From the NCBI GenBank assembly GCA_963666985.2, contig CAXXIA010000002.1, positions 2,496,001 to 2,560,000 of the forward strand: a stretch of 64,000 bases of DNA, written 5' to 3'. The translations under genes and the position numbers were made by a program. This document shows positions 40,113 to 48,869 of this stretch, piece by piece. This stretch comes from Spirochaetia bacterium (GTDB taxonomy: Bacteria > Spirochaetota > Spirochaetia > DSM-2461). Numbering within the stretch: position 1 is the first letter of the stretch; every line of letters begins with the position of its first letter. The notes under the pieces were generated by a model. It saw only the letters and a list, made by a program, of their open reading frames with translations. It had not been told where the DNA came from and ran no database searches.

Positions 40113-41105
40113 ATGAAGAAATGTTTTCTGGTGCTCCTGGTGCTGGGCCTGACGGCGGCGCCGGTATGCCTGTTCGCGGGCGGAGGATCGGAGGCCAAAG
40201 GGGATTCCTACGAGATTGCCACGGTCGTCAAGATTACCGGTATCCCCTGGTTTAACCGGATGGAAGAAGGCGTGAAACGGGCCGCCGATGAGCTCGGTGT
40301 GAACGCTTATCAGGTCGGTCCGGCCGACGCCGATCCCGCTCAGCAGGTTCGCATGGTTGAAGATCTGATCAGTAAAGGCGTGGACGCCATCTGCGTAACT
40401 CCCAACGATGCAAAGGCTCTCGAACCTGTATTCAACCGGGCTCGGAAGGAAGGTATCATCATTATTACTCATGAGTCTCCGGATCAGAAAGGCAAGGACT
40501 ATGATCTTGAGCTTATCGATAATGAGAACTTCGGCCGGCATCACTGGGATATGCTGGCAAAGTATATGGGGAATTCGGGGAAGTACGCCATTTTCGTCGG
40601 ATCTTTGACGGTTCCCCTGCACAACCTCTGGGCCGATGTGGGTATTGATTACGCCAAGACGAAATATCCCGGCATGGAACTGGTAACCGATCGTATTCCC
40701 TGCGGTGAAGATCAGGAACTCTCCAAGCAGAGAACTCTTGAGTTGCTTCAGGCGTATCCCGATTTGGCCGGTATCATCGGTTTCGGAAGTCTCGGCCCTC
40801 CGGGTGCGGCTCAGGCGCTCAAAGAGAAAGGCCTTACCGAAGAAGTCTCCGTCGTCGGTACGGTTCTTCCCGGACATGCGGCTCAGTACCTGAAAGACGG
40901 TTCCATGGATCACGGTATCCTGTGGGATCCCGCCGATGCCGGTTACGCCATGACTTGGGTTGCCCTGCAGATGCTGGAAGGCAAAGAGATTAAAGACGGA
41001 ATGACGGTGCCCGGCATGGGCAAAACGGTCCTTGACGGTGATGTTATCAAGGTTGACGCCATGATCGATATTACCGCCGAGAATGCGGACGATTTCGGAT
41101 TCTAA
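40113..41105 (+). CDS. Sugar ABC substrate-binding protein (LsrB/RhaS-like)
   Basis: GGAGG RBS, ATG 40113; VKITGIPWFNRMEEG, LWDPADAG. Confidence 0.88.
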   Translation: MKKCFLVLLVLGLTAAPVCLFAGGGSEAKGDSYEIATVVKITGIPWFNRMEEGVKRAADELGVNAYQVGPADADPAQQVRMVEDLISKGVDAICVTPNDAKALEPVFNRARKEGIIIITHESPDQKGKDYDLELIDNENFGRHHWDMLAKYMGNSGKYAIFVGSLTVPLHNLWADVGIDYAKTKYPGMELVTDRIPCGEDQELSKQRTLELLQAYPDLAGIIGFGSLGPPGAAQALKEKGLTEEVSVVGTVLPGHAAQYLKDGSMDHGILWDPADAGYAMTWVALQMLEGKEIKDGMTVPGMGKTVLDGDVIKVDAMIDITAENADDFGF

Positions 41106-41116
41106 GTGATTCTTTC

Positions 41117-41163
41117 GGCGGCGGACCGTATTTCTTCTTCGAAATGCGGCCCGCCGTCTTTTC
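41117..41163 (+). terminator. Hairpin after the SBP gene (attenuator or mRNA stabiliser)
   Basis: GGCGGCGGACCGTATTTC...GAAATGCGGCCCGCCGTC followed by TTTT. Confidence 0.5.
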
Positions 41164-41196
41164 TTAAGCAATAAAAAATAGGAACAGGCGATTGAT

Positions 41197-42690
41197 GTGA
41201 AATTCCTCGAAATGCGGAATGTTAGGAAGCGGTATACCGGTGTCCAAGCCCTGGGGGGTGTCGATTTCGATATCTCGGCCGGTGAGGTTCATTGCCTCGC
41301 CGGTGAGAACGGCAGCGGGAAATCCACGCTGATTAAAATCATCTCCGGTGTTGAAACTCCGGATGAGGGGACGGAAATCCTTATTGATGGGAATCCGATC
41401 GGACAGCAGGATTCCCTGAAAGCGATGAGGCGGGGCATTGAGGTGATTTACCAAGATCTTTCTCTGTTCCCGAATATGACCGTATCGGAAAATATTGCTC
41501 TGAATGAAGTCATCGGTTCCGGCAGCCGGATTATCACCAAGTCGAAGGAACGCGAGATTGCCAAGTCCGCGATGAATCGTGTCGGAATCGAACTTCCGAC
41601 GGATGAGCTTGTCGGTGATTTGTCCATGGGCGATCAGCAGCTTGTCGCCATTTGCCGTGCTTTGACATCGGATATCAGGCTTCTGATTATGGATGAGCCC
41701 ACGACGGCTTTAACCCGCAAAGAGGTTGTGGGGTTGTTTCGAGCGGTGGAGGAACTTCGAGCACAGGGAATTGCCTCTCTCTTCGTCAGCCACAAACTCT
41801 GTGAAGTTCTGGAAATTGCCGAGAGGGTGACTGTGCTTCGCGACGGACAAAAGGTGGGAGTCTATCCCGCCTCCGAGCTTGACGATGCAAAGCTGTCCTT
41901 TCTGATGACCGGAGAAAACTTGGAATATGAGTCTTTTGTTTATGACTTGGGAAATCGGAAACCTCTGCTTGAAGTGAACAATCTCTCCCGCAGGGAGCAT
42001 TTCTCAGGCATCGATTTTCAGCTGTTTCCGGGAGAAATCCTGGGAATTACCGGATTGCTGGGTTCGGGAAGAACGGAACTGGCCATGGCTCTTTTCGGAC
42101 TGAATCAACCCGATTCCGGAGAGGTTGTTCTCGACGGAAAGAAGGTGAATCTTAAAAGCGCGAAAAAGGCGGCCGCGGCGGGGATGGCCTATGTGCCCGA
42201 GAACCGGCTGGTTCTAGGTTTGGTTATGCCTCAATCGGTCGCTCGGAATACCGTTCTTACCACCATACGCGGACTCGTCGGCCGCTTCGGTTCCGTGGAC
42301 GAGCGGCGCTTCGACGAGAGCGTCGATTACTGGGTGAAGCGTCTGCGAATAAAAGTTCCGAATGTATCCTCGCCGGTTTGCACCCTTTCCGGAGGAAATC
42401 AGCAGAGGGTTGTTCTGGCCAAATGGATGGCCGCGAGTCCCAAGGTTCTTATTCTGGACGGACCGACGGTCGGAATCGACGTTGCCGCGAAGAGCGCCAT
42501 TCATTCGTTTCTCAGGGAACTCGCGGCAACCGGGGTGGGTATTATCATCATTTCGGATGAAATCCCCGAAGTTCACGGGAACTGCAACAGAATCCTGCTG
42601 ATGCATCGCGGCCGCATTCGGGGAGAATTTCTGTCCGCCGAAATCACACCGGCGGAAATTCAAGATGAGATAGAACGGATCGCTCAATGA
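41197..42690 (+). CDS. Sugar ABC transporter ATP-binding protein
   Basis: GENGSGKST, MDEPT, LSGGNQQR. Confidence 0.95.
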   Translation: MKFLEMRNVRKRYTGVQALGGVDFDISAGEVHCLAGENGSGKSTLIKIISGVETPDEGTEILIDGNPIGQQDSLKAMRRGIEVIYQDLSLFPNMTVSENIALNEVIGSGSRIITKSKEREIAKSAMNRVGIELPTDELVGDLSMGDQQLVAICRALTSDIRLLIMDEPTTALTRKEVVGLFRAVEELRAQGIASLFVSHKLCEVLEIAERVTVLRDGQKVGVYPASELDDAKLSFLMTGENLEYESFVYDLGNRKPLLEVNNLSRREHFSGIDFQLFPGEILGITGLLGSGRTELAMALFGLNQPDSGEVVLDGKKVNLKSAKKAAAAGMAYVPENRLVLGLVMPQSVARNTVLTTIRGLVGRFGSVDERRFDESVDYWVKRLRIKVPNVSSPVCTLSGGNQQRVVLAKWMAASPKVLILDGPTVGIDVAAKSAIHSFLRELAATGVGIIIISDEIPEVHGNCNRILLMHRGRIRGEFLSAEITPAEIQDEIERIAQ

Positions 42691-43706
42691 AGAAATCTGA
42701 CATCACGCGCTTAATGCGCAAGCACGAAACTTACGTATTCCTCGCCATCCTGATCTTGACGGTTTTAATTACGGCTTTAAATCCCAATTTTCTGACGCTG
42801 GAAAATATTTTCGATATTCTCAAGAGCTATTCGTTCATCGGAATCTTGTCCATCGGCGTTTTGGTTGTGCTTATCTCCGGAGGGATGGATATTTCCTTTA
42901 CGGCCGTCGCCACGGTGGGCGAATATGTTATGGCCGTTATTATTTCCAAGCATACCGGGAACATCGTTATCGCCTTTGTTATTTCCATGGTCATCGGTTT
43001 TATCCTGGGAACGCTGAACGCGGTTTTGATTTACCGATTCAATATTCCTTCCATGATCGTCACTATTGGGAATCTGAATGTGTTCTACGGCCTGCTGATT
43101 GTATTCTCAGGAGGGAAATGGATTTACACCATGCCCGAATGGTTCGCCAAGTTCGCGGAGATTCGCCTGTTTTCTCTTGCCGCCGCCGATGGGGTTCAAT
43201 TCGGGCTGTCCATCATGACGGTTATCTGGATTCTTGTGATTCTCGTCGCCGCGTTTATTTTGAAGTTTACGGCGCTGGGCCGCAGTTTGTATGCCTTGGG
43301 CGGATGCGGTTCGGATAAAACACCGGCCCGAAGGGCGGGGATTAATGTTTTTAAGGTGCAGCTTTTCGTCTATTCCTTCATGGGCGTTATCGCCGGTATC
43401 GCCGGTGTGGTGCAGGCCCTTTTGGTTCAGGCCGTGGCTCCCAACAGTATTGTCGGCAAGGAGCTTAATGTCATTGCCGCGGTTGTTATCGGCGGCGCCA
43501 GCATTTCCGGCGGGACGGGAACCATTATCGGAACGCTGCTCGGCGTGTTCCTTTTGGCTGTGCTGAGTAACGGCCTCACTTTGATGCGGGTGCCGTCTTA
43601 TTGGTACGACGTTGTGATCGGTCTTGTCATCGTTGCCAGCGTCGGCGCCAGTGCGCTTCAGCAGAAAAGAAAAAATCAGCGGGCCATCGCCGTGGAGGAA
43701 CTATGA
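42687..43706 (+). CDS. Sugar ABC transporter permease
   Basis: GGMDISF, VIGGASISGG; multiple TM helices. Confidence 0.92.
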   Translation: MKKSDITRLMRKHETYVFLAILILTVLITALNPNFLTLENIFDILKSYSFIGILSIGVLVVLISGGMDISFTAVATVGEYVMAVIISKHTGNIVIAFVISMVIGFILGTLNAVLIYRFNIPSMIVTIGNLNVFYGLLIVFSGGKWIYTMPEWFAKFAEIRLFSLAAADGVQFGLSIMTVIWILVILVAAFILKFTALGRSLYALGGCGSDKTPARRAGINVFKVQLFVYSFMGVIAGIAGVVQALLVQAVAPNSIVGKELNVIAAVVIGGASISGGTGTIIGTLLGVFLLAVLSNGLTLMRVPSYWYDVVIGLVIVASVGASALQQKRKNQRAIAVEEL

Positions 43707-44707
43707 GCGGGAATGTCATGAGGAAGAAATCCAACTTTCTGGAGAACGAATACACCCTTTTGGGAATTATCATCGTCGTGATGCTGCTGCTCATGGGGAT
43801 TCTGAATCCGTCCCGTTTTTTCAGAATTACCAATCTGCAGTCCATGGCTTTCCAGATGCCCGAATTGGGGCTTTTGTCTTTGGGTATGATGCTGGTGATG
43901 CTGACCGGAGGCATCAATCTTTCCATAATCGCTTCGGCGAATCTCTCGGGGATTCTCATGGCACTGGTGCTGAACGCCATGGCGCCGCCCGATCTTTATA
44001 CGGGAGCCGGATTGGGCGCGGCATTAACGGCCGTCGCCGTCGGGCTTGCGGCCGGCGTACTGGTGGGTGTGATCAACGGGTTTCTCGTTGCGAGAATCGG
44101 CGTATCTCCGATTCTGGCGACTTTGGGAATGATGACGCTTCTGGGAGGACTGAATATCCTTATTACCAAGGGCTATGTTATCTCGGGATTCCCGCCGGCC
44201 TTCCTGTTCTTGGGAAACGGCAAAGTTCTGGGACTGCCTTTTCCCTTCCTCATTTTTATCGTTATAGCTTTTATCGCGGGTTATGTGATGAAGCGGACTC
44301 CGTACGGTCTCGAAGTCTACATGCTGGGAACAAATGAAACCGCCGTTCGATATTCGGCGGTGGATGTACCGCGTGTTCTGATGAAAACGTATATCGTTTC
44401 CGGTCTGCTTTCTTCCGTCGCGGCCGTTGTGATGATTTCACGGTTCAATTCGGCAAAGTCCGATTACGGCGAGTCTTACCTTCTGGTGACTATTCTGGCG
44501 GCCGTGCTCGGCGGGACGGATGTGGACGGCGGATTCGGTAAGGTGTTGGGCCTGTTCCTGGCCTTGGTTATTCTGCAGATTATCGGCAGCGGACTCAATC
44601 TGCTTCAGGTGAACGCTTTTCTTACCCGGGCGATTTGGGGCCTGATTCTGGCCGCGGTGATGATCGGTCAGTACTACAGGGGGCGGGCCGCCACCCGGCG
44701 GAGATAG
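43703..44707 (+). CDS. Sugar ABC transporter permease
   Basis: ATG 43703 overlaps the previous stop; GGINLS, VLGGTD. Confidence 0.92.
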   Translation: MSGNVMRKKSNFLENEYTLLGIIIVVMLLLMGILNPSRFFRITNLQSMAFQMPELGLLSLGMMLVMLTGGINLSIIASANLSGILMALVLNAMAPPDLYTGAGLGAALTAVAVGLAAGVLVGVINGFLVARIGVSPILATLGMMTLLGGLNILITKGYVISGFPPAFLFLGNGKVLGLPFPFLIFIVIAFIAGYVMKRTPYGLEVYMLGTNETAVRYSAVDVPRVLMKTYIVSGLLSSVAAVVMISRFNSAKSDYGESYLLVTILAAVLGGTDVDGGFGKVLGLFLALVILQIIGSGLNLLQVNAFLTRAIWGLILAAVMIGQYYRGRAATRRR

Positions 44708-44903
44708 GAACGCGGACGGGGCTGTCGTATAGGCGGCCCCCGATGGGCCGCCTATGGGCCGCCGTTTTGTCCGTGATTCGCCGACTGGCCGAATGGAATC
44801 TCGGCCGCGGAATCCCGCGGCGAAAAGGGCAAAACCTTTCGAATCACCCGGATGATTCGGGAAACATAGACATCAATGTGTGTGTCCTTTAGGATCGGTA
44901 TTT

Positions 44904-45202
44904 ATGACGTCCACCCCTCTTTACCTGGCTTTGGATATCGGGGCCGCTTCCGGCGCGAAACTGGCTTTGTTTACAGATGGTTCCATGCCTATTACCGAAC
45001 CGAGAAACTGTGCTTTGCGGTATCATGAGGTTTTCGACGATTTCGTCGATGCCCTGCTCGCCGGCGCGGAAGAAACCCTCGGAGAAATGAACCGATCTTT
45101 CAAGGATCTGGCCGCGATCGGAATCGCCTCGGCGGGAATCCTCGGGAAAGACGGACGATTCCAGCTGTTTCATAACCGTCCGCAGTACAACGGATTCAAT
45201 CT
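44904..45202 (+). pseudogene. ROK family sugar kinase/regulator, N-terminal fragment cut by the prophage
   Basis: LALDIGA, AAIGIASAG motifs; frame stops a few codons after the prophage junction. Confidence 0.75.
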
Positions 45203-45216
45203 TGTAACCGCTCGCC

Positions 45217-45257
45217 GAAAATGAAAAACAAATTCACTGAAAATGAAAAATGCAATT
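45217..45257. repeat. Tandem putative transposase-binding sites at the prophage end
   Basis: GAAAATGAAAACACAATT (45217) and GAAAATGAAAAATGCAATT (45239), 22-bp period. Confidence 0.7.
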
Positions 45258-45302
45258 TTCAAAGTTATTCAAACGACAATTAAACTCTTTTTAAACAACC
45301 TT

Positions 45303-46112
45303 TCAGGACACATTTCCTGATATCTTACTGATCGAATAATTAGCTGTTAGTACTTCGATTTTCCTGCCCTGCCGTCCTTCTTTATCTCTGGACATTGACT
45401 TTGCCATGCTTAGCTCAAACGAATCCCAATGATTTTCTTTAATACGACTGGTCAACTCAGCATTACGAAAAGAACTTAATAAGAATCTACCTTCAATCTT
45501 TTCCAATTCGTTTAAAAGGTTTGAGAAATCCTCATCTGTATAGCCATCGTAATGTCCCATGTCCGTACCGACATATGGAGGATCAAGATAGAAGAAAGAC
45601 TCCGAAGTATCTCGACTTCGAATAATTCGTAATGCATCAGCACATTCAATTTGGACATCCTGAAGTCTGATTGCATAGTCATAAGTAAAAGCCTCTCGCT
45701 TTCGTCTGATAGTCTTTGAGGTAGAGCCTGAACGATCATACCCGAAGGAACCATTCAGCTTTGATCCATAAGATTGAGCGGACAACACCCAGACGGCCCA
45801 TGCTCTTTTTAAGCTGTCGAACATATCCGGATTCTGATAGATCACAGCCGCTTTTCGATGAAGATCCCTACTATGCAGGCTAATTTGGACTTCCTTCTCA
45901 AGACCAACAAAGTCTCGCTGCACCACATCGTAGAAATTGATCAACTCACTATTGATGTCATTAATTACTTCAACAGGAGATGGCTTCTTCTTGAAGAAGA
46001 CAGCTCCTCCTCCGATAAATGGCTCACAATAGATTTTATGATCCGGGATCAAAGATATGATTCTATCAGCCAGCTGTTGTTTCCCACCGTAGTAGGTTAA
46101 TGGTGTTTTCAC
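45303..46112 (-). CDS. D12-class N6-adenine DNA methyltransferase (Dam-like)
   Basis: GGAGG RBS, GTG 46112; YYGGK, EPFIGGG, NDIN, YLDPPY. Confidence 0.92.
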   Translation of the reverse strand: MKTPLTYYGGKQQLADRIISLIPDHKIYCEPFIGGGAVFFKKKPSPVEVINDINSELINFYDVVQRDFVGLEKEVQISLHSRDLHRKAAVIYQNPDMFDSLKRAWAVWVLSAQSYGSKLNGSFGYDRSGSTSKTIRRKREAFTYDYAIRLQDVQIECADALRIIRSRDTSESFFYLDPPYVGTDMGHYDGYTDEDFSNLLNELEKIEGRFLLSSFRNAELTSRIKENHWDSFELSMAKSMSRDKEGRQGRKIEVLTANYSISKISGNVS

Positions 46113-46201
46113 TCTTCCCTCCAATAATGATGCAAAGTGATGATGAGGGATAAAGGAACGATGAGATTTCGCCGACCATAATTCTATGCAAATTAAGTGG
46201 T

Positions 46202-46284
46202 GGTGGCGGGTTTCCCGTAGGTGTTGGCGCACCTGTTCCGGGAGGGGTTTTCTCCTGGAGCCGCCACCCTTTCCGGCGGCCCGC
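46202..46284 (+). ncRNA. Putative structured antisense/leader RNA upstream of the methylase
   Basis: AGGTG-TTGGCG-CACCT hairpin nested in longer stems (GGTGGCGG/CCGCCACC); boundaries and strand uncertain. Confidence 0.45.
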
Positions 46285-46292
46285 TAGAAATC

Positions 46293-46529
46293 TTATTCCG
46301 TAATAAACCGAACTGAGTGTTTATACCCGGAGTCTCTTGTTAAAAGCTCTGCCCTAAGCTTGTACGCCTTAGAAAGCTTTGCCTTTGTATCATCCGTAAC
46401 TTCAATCTCCCGAATGGTTTCAAGAATCTCAGATTCATACGGTTCATCAATAGTATTTCCTTCTTCGTCAGTGGTTTTTCGTGTCAGAGTTTCGTATTCA
46501 TCGGTGTGCTTGGTAAGTTGGATTGTCAT
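46293..46529 (-). CDS. Small phage protein, possibly tail-fibre assembly
   Basis: AGGAGG RBS; follows the tail fibre gene. Confidence 0.55.
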   Translation of the reverse strand: MTIQLTKHTDEYETLTRKTTDEEGNTIDEPYESEILETIREIEVTDDTKAKLSKAYKLRAELLTRDSGYKHSVRFITE

Positions 46530-46538
46530 ATCGCCTCC

Positions 46539-48068
46539 TTATGTGGACGCCAGGTAACGGCCACCGTGTATATAAAAGAATCCGCCGAGGGCTTTCGGCT
46601 TGGTTTTGTCGCCAACACGTGGTGTTCCATTTGATCCGTCTGTTATGATGCCGTCGGTGTCGTAGTATTTGATAACTGTACTCTCGGCACGATCAAACCA
46701 CCCACCGTCGCCGTCGTCAGATGTCATTCCAAGTTGATGCTCATGCCCCTGGAAGAAATCCCGATGTCTAAGCCCTGAAATCGCAGAACCGTCAGAAGCC
46801 TCAGAAATCAAAGTTCGGTCGGAACACTCAAAGAGACGAGCCGTTGTGGTTGATCCCGGTATTCTGTAAGGATAAAAGGCGACCGTATAAGATCCGGTTC
46901 CTGAATTATCATCACCGGCATATGCAAACGAAATTGTCCTTGTTGACGGATCGATATCAGAGATTGCATAGTCGCCCGCAGCAATGTCTCCGATCACCGA
47001 GCTGAAAGAAATGGGCCTCCATCCGGAGTAAGAGTCATGAACCAGATTGTCCTCGGCCAAGGCCGCCAGAATCGCATTCTCCGCGTTATTATCAGCGAAG
47101 GTCAGGGTCGCAACATTCGAAGCGATTTCCCAAGCGGTGATTTCAAATTCTGATACTGCGCCTGTTCGACCTGTTTTGTAGGAAAGGGCTTCCGCACGAA
47201 GAAAAGGAACAAGGTCCGGATGATTTGTTTCACTTATATCTTTATATCCACTTATTGTGTTGAGGCAGATACCACCGAAAAAGCTTTTAGGATCAGAGAT
47301 GTCAAACGCAGAAAGTTCTTTGTACTTGGCGTTCCAAAAATATTCCCCGATATCCTTTTTATAGACGGTGCACTCTTTGATCAAAACATCAATATATTTC
47401 TTTGTACCGGCATCAGCATCAGCGTCCGGGTCAGCAAACTGCGCCCGACCGTTTCCATCTCGAACCACCATCCTTGATGCCGTAGCGGCGCTGACCGCAC
47501 CGTGGGCTGTGGTTAAATCGGCATGCTCATCAAGCTGCTTGAAAAAAGGAACCGGCCGCCGAGTCAAATCAATAGATAGGCACCCGGGTGTATCATAATC
47601 AAAGACGGCATCAACAAGCAGAAAGGCATCTTCATCAATTTCGGCATACCCGGCTTCACTTTCGGAGGCGGCCTCATCACCCTCAACAAAAGAGATAGAG
47701 ATACTTTCCGATTTTTCTTTCCAATAAGAGTTCCCGACTTCATCCTGGATTTCACCATCTTCAACTTGGCTGTAGGCACCGATTACAGCTACCTTTTTGT
47801 ACATCCCTGATGAGGGCCTTGTGATACCGGAGAAATCCAGAGTAAAGGCTTCCTCCACATTGATCATGCGACCTTGGCTATCCCATCCAAAACCGGTACT
47901 GATATCGACCGATCCATCGACAGCGGTCCGCTCCGGAATGAGCCCATAGACGATACCGGAGCCAAACAATCTGGCAATCTTTTGTAGATCGTTATGGGCA
48001 TTCTCCTGCATCCCTGAAAAGAAAGTAGCCGGTGGTTTGTACCCGGTTTTTACATTTAATAACTTCAT
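46539..48068 (-). CDS. Tail fibre protein
   Basis: Follows the baseplate genes; C-terminal FQGHEH...GTPRVG motif typical of fibre tips. Confidence 0.75.
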   Translation of the reverse strand: MKLLNVKTGYKPPATFFSGMQENAHNDLQKIARLFGSGIVYGLIPERTAVDGSVDISTGFGWDSQGRMINVEEAFTLDFSGITRPSSGMYKKVAVIGAYSQVEDGEIQDEVGNSYWKEKSESISISFVEGDEAASESEAGYAEIDEDAFLLVDAVFDYDTPGCLSIDLTRRPVPFFKQLDEHADLTTAHGAVSAATASRMVVRDGNGRAQFADPDADADAGTKKYIDVLIKECTVYKKDIGEYFWNAKYKELSAFDISDPKSFFGGICLNTISGYKDISETNHPDLVPFLRAEALSYKTGRTGAVSEFEITAWEIASNVATLTFADNNAENAILAALAEDNLVHDSYSGWRPISFSSVIGDIAAGDYAISDIDPSTRTISFAYAGDDNSGTGSYTVAFYPYRIPGSTTTARLFECSDRTLISEASDGSAISGLRHRDFFQGHEHQLGMTSDDGDGGWFDRAESTVIKYYDTDGIITDGSNGTPRVGDKTKPKALGGFFYIHGGRYLAST

Positions 48069-48080
48069 GAACCCTCCCTA

Positions 48081-48869
48081 TTAGCTTTCAATAATTGTTC
48101 GTGGAACAGATTCGTCCAGAACGACTTCAAGACGTTGATAAACACGAGCTTTCTGGGACTCATTCACATAGATCAGAACCATCTCGGTCTCATCCCAGAT
48201 TCTGGTCGGTACCAAGGATTGACCGGCTGAAAACGCATCATCGGGCATTAATTCACAGCTTGCATCGGTGATATCTTCCAGCTGTTCTTCGAGCCAAGAA
48301 GAGCCGCCATTTTCGCGAAGTTCCTCCATTGTTACCGGCGGGTAAGACACGTACTGCCATTCGATAATTTCTATTTCGATATCAGCCCCGAGGAACCAAT
48401 CAAGAAACTCATATGCATGGTTGTAATCATCTTGAGTCATATCCTTGATAAAGACGATCAGCCGTGAATCCCCGCCGATTCGCGTCTTCCCGATTGCCGA
48501 GTAGCCAACGGTGAATCCTTCTTCCGGATATTCAATATGCTTCCATCTGTCTGGAAATAGCTGATCCATGGTATCCACAAAGGTTCCATACTCACCGGTG
48601 GATTCCAGGGTAAAAGAACCGGTGGCCAGCCTTTCCCGATAGCTGTCATTCGTATCGAAGGTGAATCGGGGAATACCCATGGCATCCCCATGTTCAGGTA
48701 ACCTATCATCAGAACAGAGGGCCGGAAAATGATCCCGAAAAATGCTGTTTCCTGATTCCAATAAGTTCTCATTGCTTTTTGCAATGACTTTATAGAGACT
48801 GCGACGATTGGGCCTTTGAAGCCCTGGTGGATGGATGTACTTCATCAGCCATTTGAAGAGATCCATCAT
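48081..48869 (-). CDS. Baseplate wedge protein (gpI/gp48-like)
   Basis: Directly after baseplate J; LPEHGDAMGIPR...YRERL. Confidence 0.6.
   Translation of the reverse strand: MMDLFKWLMKYIHPPGLQRPNRRSLYKVIAKSNENLLESGNSIFRDHFPALCSDDRLPEHGDAMGIPRFTFDTNDSYRERLATGSFTLESTGEYGTFVDTMDQLFPDRWKHIEYPEEGFTVGYSAIGKTRIGGDSRLIVFIKDMTQDDYNHAYEFLDWFLGADIEIEIIEWQYVSYPPVTMEELRENGGSSWLEEQLEDITDASCELMPDDAFSAGQSLVPTRIWDETEMVLIYVNESQKARVYQRLEVVLDESVPRTIIES

Noticed and set aside
35269..44707. Canonical lsr (AI-2) operon
   Set aside because: lsrF and an LsrB-like SBP are present, but no lsrG or SorC-type lsrR is recognisable and the kinase is xylulokinase-like. Kept only as an alternative hypothesis.
46113..46232. 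His-rich N-terminal extension of the methylase in the ORF track
   Set aside because: GGAGG RBS and family motifs point to the GTG at 46112; the extension crosses a structured non-coding region.
46539..46800. Tail fibre tip as a diversity-generating retroelement target or invertible segment
   Set aside because: I found no reverse transcriptase, template repeat, invertase or second inverted fibre copy in the window.
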